A DNA stretch of 25,903 nt from Rhodothermales bacterium (lineage in GTDB: Bacteria; Bacteroidota; Rhodothermia; Rhodothermales; VXPQ01), in contig JBBDTI010000016.1 of NCBI GenBank assembly GCA_040904565.1, forward strand, positions 23,202 to 49,104. Reading direction: 5' to 3'. Positions 15,909 to 24,609 of the stretch are shown here, piece after piece. Position numbers and translations under genes: made by a program. Under the pieces are notes generated by a model. The model made no database searches. It was not told the origin of the DNA and saw only the letters and a list, made by a program, of their open reading frames with translations. How positions within the stretch are numbered: position 1 is the first letter of the stretch; every line of letters starts with the position of its first letter.

Positions 15909-17018
15909 CTACCCCGGAACGAGCTCGTTGAGCAGATGTGCGTTCGTGGGCGAGTGCTGCAGATGACGGATGAGCGCCTGCATGGCCTCGGCGGGATGGC
16001 GCGAGTTGAGCGCGCGAAACAGCCGGTGATGCTGCTCGATGGCGTCGCCGATGAGCCGCTCCTCGTTCCGCGTACCGCTCTTCCGCAGGTTGATGGCGGG
16101 ATAGATCCGCTTGTCCGCCATCTCGCGGTCGAGGACGATCTCCGAGTTGCCCGTACCTTTGAACTCCTCAAAAATGACGTCGTCCATCCGGCTGCCCGTC
16201 TCGATCAGGGCCGTGGCGATAATCGTCAGCGAACCTCCACCCTCGATGTTGCGGGCGGATCCGAAGATGCGACGGGGTACCTGCAGCGCCTTCGCGTCGA
16301 GTCCACCCGAAAGGGTGCGCCCGCTGCCGGACTGATAGAGGTTGAACGTCCGGCCGAGCCGCGTCAGGGAGTCGAGCAGCAGGACGACATCCTTTTTCAT
16401 TTCGACGAGCCGCCGCGCATACTCCAGCGCGAGCGTCGAGACGCGCACGTGGTTGTCCTCCTCGCGGTCGTTCGACGACGCAAACACCTGCGCGGACGTC
16501 GAGCGCTTGAAGTCCGTCACTTCCTCCGGCCGCTCGTCCACGAGCAGCGCCACGAGCTCCACGTCGGGGTGGTTCTTCGTGATCGACGCCGCGATGTTCT
16601 TGAGCAGAATCGTCTTACCGGTACGCGGCGGCGCGACGATCAATCCGCGCTGCCCCTTCCCGATGGGCGCGACGAGGTCGACGACCCGCATCGAAATGTC
16701 GTCGGGGGCGGTGACCAGCTCGAGCTTCTCGTTGGGATAAATGATCTGGCCGTCGTCGAAATGAGCAGCCTTCGCCCATTCACCCGGGTCGAGGCCCATG
16801 ACCTTCTCGAGGTAGCCCACCTGCATCGCTCCCTTGCGCCCGGGCTTCAACGTGCCTTCCATAATGACGCCGTCACGCAGATTGAACTTCCGTATCAACG
16901 GCGGCGGCACGAACGGATCGTCGTCCCCTTTGGGGAGGTCCGGGCGGAACTCCCGTATAAATCCAAACTTCTTGTCCCCAATGAGTTCGAGGACACCGTG
17001 AAATCTCTTATCTGACAT
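15909..17018 (-). CDS. rho: Transcription termination factor Rho, short form
   Basis: OB-fold GVLE..FGFIR; [19 protein letters not shown] (Walker A), [24 protein letters not shown] and [10 protein letters not shown]; 369 aa. Confidence 0.93.
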   Translation of the reverse strand: MSDKRFHGVLELIGDKKFGFIREFRPDLPKGDDDPFVPPPLIRKFNLRDGVIMEGTLKPGRKGAMQVGYLEKVMGLDPGEWAKAAHFDDGQIIYPNEKLELVTAPDDISMRVVDLVAPIGKGQRGLIVAPPRTGKTILLKNIAASITKNHPDVELVALLVDERPEEVTDFKRSTSAQVFASSNDREEDNHVRVSTLALEYARRLVEMKKDVVLLLDSLTRLGRTFNLYQSGSGRTLSGGLDAKALQVPRRIFGSARNIEGGGSLTIIATALIETGSRMDDVIFEEFKGTGNSEIVLDREMADKRIYPAINLRKSGTRNEERLIGDAIEQHHRLFRALNSRHPAEAMQALIRHLQHSPTNAHLLNELVPG

Positions 17019-17405
17019 AGATCCACATTGGTGGTGATAACATTCTATTCTAACAGGTATCGAAGCGTGGGGCTTCCGACCCGACCGCTGTCGTGATCAG
17101 CTTCGAAGAATTGGGACGCTCGCTCGAATTCTCGCGGCGAATCCGCCGGGCCTCCGGCGAGCTCATGCGTCAAGTATGACTAAATTTCAATTGCGAAAAC
17201 CAGCGGACGTCGACCGTACATGCGCCGAAAAATCCAACGCCGTAGTGAACGCGTGGAGCATGCCTTCGTACATTAGGCCGCACATTGGGCCGCGTATGCT
17301 CCGCGGCTTCAGGGCTACACCGGTCGCTTTGCGAACCGGAAACCGGGACTATCGTCCGGAGAAAGAGGGGTACTGGGTTCGTATATGCAACGAAAACTAA
17401 AATAG

Positions 17406-18260
17406 ATGGTTTCCGAACCACGTTCAAGTCCGCCCGACGGGCCCGCCGAACCACGGGATCAGTCCGCAGCGTCAGGGATGCCGTACTCGATGGGTCAGCT
17501 GCATCGGACCGTCTCCGGCGATGCGTCGAACCCCCCCGTGCTCCTCCTGCACGGATGGGGAAGCAGCGCTGAAAACATGGCCACGATCGCCCGGGGCCTC
17601 GAAGCCGATTACCGGGTCGTTAACGTCGATCTTCCGGGTCACGGACTTTCGCCCCCACCCAACGAACCGCTCGGCGTCCCGGAGCACGCCGCCCTCGTCG
17701 CCCGTTTGATCGAGACGGACCTAAACGGTCCCGTCACCATCATCGGGCATTCCAACGGTGGGCGCATCGCCCTGTTCATGGCCTCCCACGACGACTTCAA
17801 ATTCCTCATCCACCGTTTGGTACTCGTGAGCCCCTCCGGTGTTACGCCCCGCCGTTCGGCCGGCTACCACGCTCGGCGTCTGCTGGCCTCCACGCTCAAG
17901 GCTCCGTTCACGCTGCTTCCCGGCCGCCTTCGAGCATTCGGGCTCGACTGGCTGCGGCATTCGCTGCTCTGGCGCGCCCTAGGGTCGTCGGATTACCGCA
18001 CGCTCTCGGGCACGATGCGAGAAACGTTCGTGAAGACGGTTACCCATCACCTCGACGAGCAGGTCGCCGGCATCGGCGTGCCGACACTGTTGTTCTGGGG
18101 AGAAAACGACACGGCCGTCTCGCGACGACAGATGGAGTTTCTGAAAACGCACATTCCCGACGCGGGACTCGTCGTACTTCCCGACGCCGGACATTACGCG
18201 TACCTGGACGAGCCCGCGACGTTCCTGGCGGCCACCCGCCACTTTCTCGCTCATACGTAG
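17406..18260 (+). CDS. Alpha/beta-fold hydrolase (true start may be 17478 or 17490)
   Basis: HGWG, DLPGHG, GHSNGG nucleophile elbow, WGEND and AGH catalytic His. Confidence 0.9.
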   Translation: MVSEPRSSPPDGPAEPRDQSAASGMPYSMGQLHRTVSGDASNPPVLLLHGWGSSAENMATIARGLEADYRVVNVDLPGHGLSPPPNEPLGVPEHAALVARLIETDLNGPVTIIGHSNGGRIALFMASHDDFKFLIHRLVLVSPSGVTPRRSAGYHARRLLASTLKAPFTLLPGRLRAFGLDWLRHSLLWRALGSSDYRTLSGTMRETFVKTVTHHLDEQVAGIGVPTLLFWGENDTAVSRRQMEFLKTHIPDAGLVVLPDAGHYAYLDEPATFLAATRHFLAHT

Positions 18261-18267
18261 CTGTATC

Positions 18268-18392
18268 GTCATGCCCAGCCACGCAAGCGTCGCCCCACCG
18301 CCGTCATGACCGGCCACGCCGCACTATGGCGACACACCGGCCCACCTGGCCACGATGTCCCACCGAGCCACGCTGCCTGACCACGCCGTCCA
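18268..18392. repeat. Degenerate ~17-18 bp repeats with a ccacg core
   Basis: gtcatgcccagccacgc / gtcatgaccggccacgc; cccacctggccacgatgt / cccaccgagccacgctgc / ctgaccacgccgt. Confidence 0.55.
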
Positions 18393-18425
18393 ACCCAACC
18401 TCGCCGCGCCCGAATCGATCCATCC

Positions 18426-20048
18426 ATGCTGTTGATCACCCTCTTGGCCGTTCTCACGACGCTCTTCGCCGGCTGGCGAACGTGGCGGCGCCTTCGGTTT
18501 TTTCTCCACATCTTCCAGCTGGAAGGATACAAACCCGCGGAATTTGGGGCCTGGGTCCGACAACGCCTGGGAACGGTCGGCCTACGCCTCTCGCACAGGC
18601 TCGCTGCCATGGAGCTCGTCCTGGTTTCGGTTGGATCGGCCGTGGCCTCGCCGTACTGGGTCGCCGCCGTCGCCCTTCCCGCCTGGGCCACGACGTTCGC
18701 GTCCTCCCGCCTCTATCGGAGCGGCCGTGAGAAAAAGCCGCTGGCCTACACGAACCGCATGCGGCGCCTGCTGGCCGCGACCGCCGTGCTGGCCGCCGCG
18801 CCCGTCCTGGCCGGTCTCGTCATGTGGGTGGATGGCGGACTCGCAGCCGTCGCCTGGTTTCTCGGGGGTTTTTTCCTGGCCGACCTGCTTGCACCGCTGT
18901 GGGTGCTGCTCGCCGCGGCACTCATGCATCCGGTCGAGCGCTCCATCCAGGAAGGCTTCAAACGACAGGCACGCCACCGCCTCAAGCAGCGGCCCGACCT
19001 GGAGGTCATCTCCATTACGGGGTCTTACGGGAAGACGAGCACGAAATTCATCCTGAAGGAAGTTCTCAGCCAGCGATTCAACGTGCTCGCGACCCCGTCC
19101 TCCTACAACACGCCGATGGGGCTCTGCCTGGTCGTCAACGACATGCTCAAGCCCGAGCACCAGGTGCTCGTCCTGGAGATGGGCATCCGGCATCCTGGCG
19201 ATATGGATGAGCTCTGCGAGATCGTGCGCCCGAATACCGGCGTCGTCACGTCGGTCGGCATCGCGCACCTCGAAAGCATGGGCACCATCGAACGGATCGC
19301 AGCGGAAAAAGCCCGGATGATCGACCACCTCCAGCCGGACGGCGTCACCGTGCTCAACGCCGACGACGAACGCGTGGCGGCGATGGCGGAGCGCGCACCT
19401 GGACGAATCTGGCGCGTTTCCGTTCGCGACCGTGCCGACGCCGATATCACCGGGACCGACATCACGTACGGCCGCGCAGGCGCCTCCTTCCTCGTCCGCG
19501 ACGAAACAGGGGACGAACGGCGCTTCCGGACCCGGCTGCTCGGCGAGCACAACGTGACGAACATCCTGCTTGCCGTCGCCGTAGGCCGCGCCATGGGCCT
19601 TCGCCTGCGCCAGATGGCCTACGCCGTCGCACGCCTGGAACCCATCGAACACCGTCTCCAGCTCCGCGAGGACGGCCCCGTCACGATTATCGACGACGCC
19701 TTCAACGCGAATCCGATCGGCGCACGCAACGCCGTGCGCATCCTCGGGCAGTTCGACGCCGGCCGGCGCGTCATCGTGACGCCGGGCATGATCGAGCTCG
19801 GTGAGCGGCAGTGGGAGGAAAACCGGACGCTGGGCGAACACATCGCCGAGCACGTGGACCTGGCCATCCTCGTCGGGCGCGAGCAGACCGCCCCGATTCA
19901 GGAAGGACTCCGCGCCCGATCCTTCCCCGAGGATCGGCTGAAGATCGTGGACTCCCTGTGGGACGCGCAGTCGTTTCTGAAGACCTACCTCCGCGAAGGG
20001 GACGTCGTCCTTTACGAAAACGACCTGCCGGATCAGTTCGATGCCTAG
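18426..20048 (+). CDS. murF: MurF-like Mur ligase with an N-terminal multi-pass membrane domain
   Basis: About 170 aa hydrophobic N-terminus; ITGSYGKTSTK, SYNTPMG, LEMG, DDAFNANP, TPGMIELG and C-terminal YENDLPD. Confidence 0.8.
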   Translation: MLLITLLAVLTTLFAGWRTWRRLRFFLHIFQLEGYKPAEFGAWVRQRLGTVGLRLSHRLAAMELVLVSVGSAVASPYWVAAVALPAWATTFASSRLYRSGREKKPLAYTNRMRRLLAATAVLAAAPVLAGLVMWVDGGLAAVAWFLGGFFLADLLAPLWVLLAAALMHPVERSIQEGFKRQARHRLKQRPDLEVISITGSYGKTSTKFILKEVLSQRFNVLATPSSYNTPMGLCLVVNDMLKPEHQVLVLEMGIRHPGDMDELCEIVRPNTGVVTSVGIAHLESMGTIERIAAEKARMIDHLQPDGVTVLNADDERVAAMAERAPGRIWRVSVRDRADADITGTDITYGRAGASFLVRDETGDERRFRTRLLGEHNVTNILLAVAVGRAMGLRLRQMAYAVARLEPIEHRLQLREDGPVTIIDDAFNANPIGARNAVRILGQFDAGRRVIVTPGMIELGERQWEENRTLGEHIAEHVDLAILVGREQTAPIQEGLRARSFPEDRLKIVDSLWDAQSFLKTYLREGDVVLYENDLPDQFDA

Positions 20049-20099
20049 CCGGCCGCGCGCGCTATCGATGTGTGCTCTCGGTTTAATGCGCCGCTCTCT

Positions 20100-20159
20100 C
20101 TCGATGTGTCGCGCCGCCGTGCAAACACGCTCGATTTGTCGCGCCGCGGTGCGTAGATT
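20100..20159. repeat. 30-bp tandem duplication
   Basis: ctcgatgtgtcgcgccgccgtgcaaacacg / ctcgatttgtcgcgccgcggtgcgtagatt. Confidence 0.75.
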
Positions 20160-20234
20160 GCAGCGGCGGTTCGAATGGACGAACGCCGTTAGACGTACTC
20201 CGTTACCACCCCGCCTGACAGCCCGGTACCCCCG

Positions 20235-20391
20235 CGACCCTGCACCGCCCCGACTCGCCTGACGACCCTGCACCGCCCCGGCTCGCCTGACGACCCTGCA
20301 CCGCCCCGGCTCGCTCGACCACCCTGCACCGCCCCGGCTCGCTCGATCACCCTGCACCAACCCTGACGCCATCACGCCTGACGCCATGCCC
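20235..20391. repeat. 28-bp tandem repeat (4 units plus a partial), followed by a 15-bp duplication spanning the rnhB ATG
   Basis: cgaccctgcaccgccccggctcgcctga-type units at 20235, 20263, 20291, 20319; then cctgacgccatcacg / cctgacgccATGccc. Confidence 0.93.
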
Positions 20392-20988
20392 GACGCCCCG
20401 ACCCTCGATCGAGAACGTGTGCTCTGGAAGGCGGGCTACGAGGGCGTGGCGGGGGTGGATGAAGCCGGCCGCGGATGCCTCGCCGGACCCGTCGTCGCGG
20501 CCGCCGTCGTCTTTCGCCGGGGCGATCGTATCGACGGGGTGACGGACAGCAAGCTGGTGTCGAGACGCGATCGCGAAGCCCTCGCCGAAGAGATCGAGAC
20601 GACGGCCGAGAGCGTCGGCATCGGGATGTGCTCCCCGCAGGAAGTAGACCGGCTGAACGTGCTCTGGGCGGCCATGGAGGCGATGCGGCGCGCCGTGACC
20701 AACCTCGCCGCCGGGCCGAATTATCTGCTCATCGACGGCGATCGCTGTTTCCCGGATCCGGCCTGGCCCTACGAAACCGTCGTAAAGGGCGATCAGCTGT
20801 GCCACTGCATCGCCGCCGCATCGATCGTCGCGAAGGTCACGCGCGACAACCTCATGCGAAAGCTCCATCAGGAGTATCCCGCCTACTCGTGGGCCTCGAA
20901 CGTGGGATATCCGACCCCGCAGCACTACGAGGCCCTGTCGGAATACGGGCCCACGCCCTATCACAGGCACTCGTTTCGACTCTCCTGA
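20386..20988 (+). CDS. rnhB: Ribonuclease HII
   Basis: GVDEAGRG.LAGPV, DSK, LIDG, KGD, IAAASIVAKVTRD and HRHSF. Confidence 0.96.
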   Translation: MPDAPTLDRERVLWKAGYEGVAGVDEAGRGCLAGPVVAAAVVFRRGDRIDGVTDSKLVSRRDREALAEEIETTAESVGIGMCSPQEVDRLNVLWAAMEAMRRAVTNLAAGPNYLLIDGDRCFPDPAWPYETVVKGDQLCHCIAAASIVAKVTRDNLMRKLHQEYPAYSWASNVGYPTPQHYEALSEYGPTPYHRHSFRLS

Positions 20989-21027
20989 GGACGCGGCGCT
21001 CTCGTCCGGATCCATAGCCCACATGGT

Positions 21028-21146
21028 CCGAACCCGCCTCACCCGTAGCCTACATCGCCCGAACCCACCTCACCCGTGGCCATATCGCCCGAACCGCCTC
21101 ACCCGTAGCCCACTACTTCGCCCGAACCCGCCTCATCCGAGCCCAC
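21028..21146. repeat. 30-33 bp tandem repeat (~4 units) between convergent rnhB and aroK
   Basis: ccgaacccgcctcacccgtagcc(tac)atcgc-type units at 21028, 21059, 21089, 21122. Confidence 0.9.
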
Positions 21147-21173
21147 GCTACCCGCGCGGCCTCTCGTGAAGCC

Positions 21174-21731
21174 CTACCTCGAGCCTTCCCTGTACGTGTG
21201 CAGCGCATGCACCGCCATGTCGACGACTTCGTCAATGCCGTGGCGGTCGATATCTAGCATGATGTCGGCTTGCTCGTAGTAGCCGGTGCGCTTCGCCATC
21301 ATCTCCTCAATGCGCGCGACCAGATCGGGGCCCGTAAGGGGCCGTCCGTCGCTATCCTGAAGCAGGGGCCGCTCGCCGGCGCTTTCCTGGAGCCGTTCGG
21401 CCAGATCTTCCCCCGATACGCGAAGATACACGAGCAGTCCGTTCGTCTTCGCGAAATAGAGGTTGTCCTCGGATGCCACCGCACCACCGCCGAGGGAGAT
21501 CACCGCCCGGGCCGTGCGCGAGACGGATCGCAGCTTGAGGGCTTCCAATCGGCGGAAGGCATCCTCTCCCTCACTAGAGAAGATCGACTGAACCGATTTG
21601 CCCGCAATCTGCTCGATCGCCTCATCCAGATCGATGAACTCATACCCCAGTCGTTCCGCGATCAGTGGGCCGATCGTACTCTTCCCACTCCCCATAAAAC
21701 CGGTCAGATAGATGCGCGTAGGAATGGCCAT
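21174..21731 (-). CDS. aroK: Shikimate kinase
   Basis: GFMGSGKST P-loop, DLD, GE.AFR..E, SLGGG and RPLL. Confidence 0.95.
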   Translation of the reverse strand: MAIPTRIYLTGFMGSGKSTIGPLIAERLGYEFIDLDEAIEQIAGKSVQSIFSSEGEDAFRRLEALKLRSVSRTARAVISLGGGAVASEDNLYFAKTNGLLVYLRVSGEDLAERLQESAGERPLLQDSDGRPLTGPDLVARIEEMMAKRTGYYEQADIMLDIDRHGIDEVVDMAVHALHTYREGSR

Positions 21732-21738
21732 GACTTCG

Positions 21739-21827
21739 TGGCGTCCTGATTGACGGCGTCCCTAATGGCGTCCCTGGTGGCGTCCCTGGTGACGTCCTGA
21801 TTGATGTCGTTCTAAGTGGTGACGTTC
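21739..21827. repeat. Mixed 12/15-bp tandem repeat (7 units) upstream of aroK
   Basis: tggcgtcctgattga/cggcgtccctaa/tggcgtccctgg/tggcgtccctgg/tgacgtcctgattga/tgtcgttctaagtgg/tgacgttc. Confidence 0.85.
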
Positions 21828-21873
21828 GGCCGGCGCGTGGACAGCACGAGCCCGAGCAGAAAACCTGCCTCGG

Positions 21874-21881
21874 CAAAGATA
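21874..21881 (-). promoter_or_regulatory. Candidate TAnnTTTG -7 promoter element for aroK
   Basis: Minus strand TATCTTTG(C), identical to the element upstream of mpl, in the divergent aroK/truA spacer. Confidence 0.5.
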
Positions 21882-21910
21882 AGGGTTAGCGCGCAAGGGC
21901 GCGAAACACG

Positions 21911-22663
21911 ATGGTTACGTATCGCATGACGATCGAGTACGACGGTGCGTCGTTCTGCGGCTGGCAGGTTCAGCCGGATGAGCCCACGGTGCAGGAGTCA
22001 CTGGAGGATGCCCTCGCCACGGCCCTTCGCACGCCCGTCGAGGTGGTCGGATCGGGGCGCACCGACTCGGGCGTACATGCCCGCCGACAGGTGGCTCATT
22101 TCCAGGTGGAGGAGCCGCTGGATGGCTACACCCTGCTCGCATCGCTGAACGGCATCCTGCCTCGGGCCATCGCCGTCCGCGATCTGCAGAGAGCGCCGGA
22201 CGCCTTTCACGCCCGGTACGACGCGCGTGTGCGCCGGTATCACTATTATGTGACCACGGGCTTCCGGGCACTGGACCGGCACGTGCGCTGGCGGGTTCGG
22301 CCCGCGCCGGATTTCGAACGGATGAACCAGGCGGCGAGCGACCTCATCGGTGAGCACGATTTTGACACGTTCTGTCGCACGCGGTCGGAGACGGAAAACC
22401 GCGTCTGTACCCTGTATACCGCCAAATGGATCTCGGAATCCGGCGACGGGGACTGGCGCTTCGAAATCACTGGGAACCGATTTCTGCACGGCATGGTGCG
22501 GACCATCGTCGGTACGCTGCTGGAGATCGGCCACGACAAGCGTCCGGCCGACGACATCCCCCGGCTGATCTCCCTCATGGACCGGCGAAACGCAGGACCG
22601 GCCGCACCGGCCTTCGGCCTGGTGCTGGAAGAAGTGTTGTATGAGAACGACCTGTCAAGATGA
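21911..22663 (+). CDS. truA: tRNA pseudouridine(38-40) synthase
   Basis: EYDG..F.GWQ.Q, GSGRTDSGVHA, FHARY and FLHGMVR. Confidence 0.96.
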   Translation: MVTYRMTIEYDGASFCGWQVQPDEPTVQESLEDALATALRTPVEVVGSGRTDSGVHARRQVAHFQVEEPLDGYTLLASLNGILPRAIAVRDLQRAPDAFHARYDARVRRYHYYVTTGFRALDRHVRWRVRPAPDFERMNQAASDLIGEHDFDTFCRTRSETENRVCTLYTAKWISESGDGDWRFEITGNRFLHGMVRTIVGTLLEIGHDKRPADDIPRLISLMDRRNAGPAAPAFGLVLEEVLYENDLSR

Positions 22664-22679
22664 CCGCCGAAACCAGGGT

Positions 22680-24149
22680 ATGACCACGTCCAGTGAACCG
22701 CACCCGTTCGCCGCACGCGTGCATCGGCGCGGCACCTCGAGCGCGCAGCCGCCCTCCTTCACGCGACGCCGTCCGCATTTCGTCCGGATACGGCTTGTGA
22801 GCGTCGTCTCCGCGGCCGTGATCGCCATGGCCGTCGCCGCCTGCGGCCGTCCCTTCGAAGAAGCCGCCAGGCCTCGTATCGACATTCTATCCCCCGACCT
22901 GAGCAGCGTACAGGTCGAGCGGCAGATGCAGCTTTCCGTCCGCGTGACCTCCTCTATACAGATCGAGCGTATCGTCGCCGGCGACGATACGCTGACCTAT
23001 GACGAAGACGGCAATGCCTGGAACGGGGAGTACGTCCTGTCGAACGGACTCAACCGCATCGTCCTTTCCATCACGGACGCCGATTTGCAGACCACGCTCG
23101 ATACCGTGTACGCCTTGCAGGACGTCCTGACGGCCGCCCGCTCGACCCCTCACCTGCCCGAATCCCGCGGCGGCCACACGACAACGATGACGGACGACGG
23201 CACCCTGTACATCTTCGGCGGAGCCCCCCATGCCACGGCCGCAGCCATTTCAACCAATCTGGTCTGGCGTGACGGCGCATCGGTCATCGAGGCGCTCGAC
23301 CAGGACTTGAGCGCGGCACGGATCGGACATGCCGCGGCGCTGCTCCCGGACGGCCGCATCCTCATCACCGGCGGCAGTCGCAAGGAGGAAGTCGGTATCG
23401 TGGATGATCTCGTCGAGAGCGTGGAGGTATTCGATCCGGTTTCTGAATCGTTTGACGTGCTACCGGTCGAGGGCGAACCGATCCGACGCGCCTATCACAC
23501 GGCGAGCCTGCATGAAATCGACGGAGAAGTCTTCGTCGACCTCTACGGGGGCGTCGGAGACGACAGTTACAATCCGCCCATACTGGGGATACGATCCGAC
23601 GTGCGGCGGTTTCGGGTGGACGCCGACCGGCTCGTCGCACTCGACCCGGCACCCGGCCCTCGGCTCAACCATCGAATATCGGGGCACTCCCAGATCCAGC
23701 TTTTCCCGAACATCGATACCAACCGCCGCGACCTCATCACGGGCACGCATTACGCCGAAATCGTGGAACAGGACGTAAGCTTTGAGCTCGAGTACGCCCC
23801 CAACATCGGGTTGCTTCAACACACCGTGCGTTTCCCGAACACGCCCCGAGAACGACATGCGGCAGTCTTGCTTGAAGACGGCTTTGTCGGCATTTTCGGG
23901 GGACGCCAGGGATCCTACGATCGGGCCGTGAGCCGGACGGAGATTTATGCGGCGGCCGCGAAAGGCTATTTCCACTATGCAGACGTGAACATCCCGATGT
24001 CACGATACGGTCACACTGCAACTAAAGTCCGAGAAAAACGAATACTAATATTAGGTGGGTTTCTCCCGAGCGGCGAAGGCGCCGTTACGACGGAGCTCTT
24101 CCAGATCCCCGATTTTAACTACGGATGGACCGGCGCCGATACTCCGTAG
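22680..24149 (+). CDS. Kelch-repeat beta-propeller lipoprotein with an N-terminal Ig-like segment (start uncertain)
   Basis: Hydrophobic stretch plus lipobox VAAC; repeats R.GH/HT...(I/L)xGG (RGGHT..IFGG, RIGHA..ITGG, RAYHT..LYGG, RERHA..IFGG, RYGHT..ILGG). Confidence 0.8.
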   Translation: MTTSSEPHPFAARVHRRGTSSAQPPSFTRRRPHFVRIRLVSVVSAAVIAMAVAACGRPFEEAARPRIDILSPDLSSVQVERQMQLSVRVTSSIQIERIVAGDDTLTYDEDGNAWNGEYVLSNGLNRIVLSITDADLQTTLDTVYALQDVLTAARSTPHLPESRGGHTTTMTDDGTLYIFGGAPHATAAAISTNLVWRDGASVIEALDQDLSAARIGHAAALLPDGRILITGGSRKEEVGIVDDLVESVEVFDPVSESFDVLPVEGEPIRRAYHTASLHEIDGEVFVDLYGGVGDDSYNPPILGIRSDVRRFRVDADRLVALDPAPGPRLNHRISGHSQIQLFPNIDTNRRDLITGTHYAEIVEQDVSFELEYAPNIGLLQHTVRFPNTPRERHAAVLLEDGFVGIFGGRQGSYDRAVSRTEIYAAAAKGYFHYADVNIPMSRYGHTATKVREKRILILGGFLPSGEGAVTTELFQIPDFNYGWTGADTP

Positions 24150-24205
24150 AGACGTGGAGGTCACGGTGCCCGCAGCAGTACTTTAGAGGATAGAATCTGG
24201 TCAGT

Positions 24206-24391
24206 ATGGACATCCAGCAGATCCTAAAATGGATAGTTGTCGCCATCGTGCTCATCGTGGCGGCCGCCGTCCTTAGCGTCATTCTTCAGGTCGGTGCGGT
24301 GCTTCTTAAGCTCGCCCTGAAAGTTCTGCTGTTTCTCCTGGTCGTAGCCATCGTCCTCCGGCTCGTCGACGTCATCAAGCGTCGGCGCTGA
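24206..24391 (+). CDS. Small hydrophobic membrane protein (61 aa)
   Basis: Two hydrophobic helices and a basic C-terminus (KRRR); fills the gap on the same strand as its neighbours. Confidence 0.75.
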   Translation: MDIQQILKWIVVAIVLIVAAAVLSVILQVGAVLLKLALKVLLFLLVVAIVLRLVDVIKRRR

Positions 24392-24609
24392 ACCGCCCCC
24401 GCATGCACGTTCCAGGCGTGTATCATACCTGTCCGGGCTCCCGTTTCAGACGCGCATCTAAGCTACCTGCGTTCCAACAACGATCGTGCACCTGTCCGCC
24501 TCGATCATCGGTCCAGGCGTGCGGGGAAGCCTTCATCGGCTGGCAGATCCTTAAGCATGCCCGCGCGTAGGTACTTCCCATCTTCCTGCCAGCAACCCGC
24601 GCTCCTTCC

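Noticed and set aside
15762-17015. 417-aa plus-strand ORF
   Set aside because: Antisense shadow of rho.
17144-17159. cgccgg-gcct-ccggcg hairpin in the rho leader
   Set aside because: A single 6-bp GC stem without a U-tract is expected by chance at this GC content.
20235-21146. 28-33 bp repeats as CRISPR arrays
   Set aside because: Units are head-to-tail with no unique spacers.
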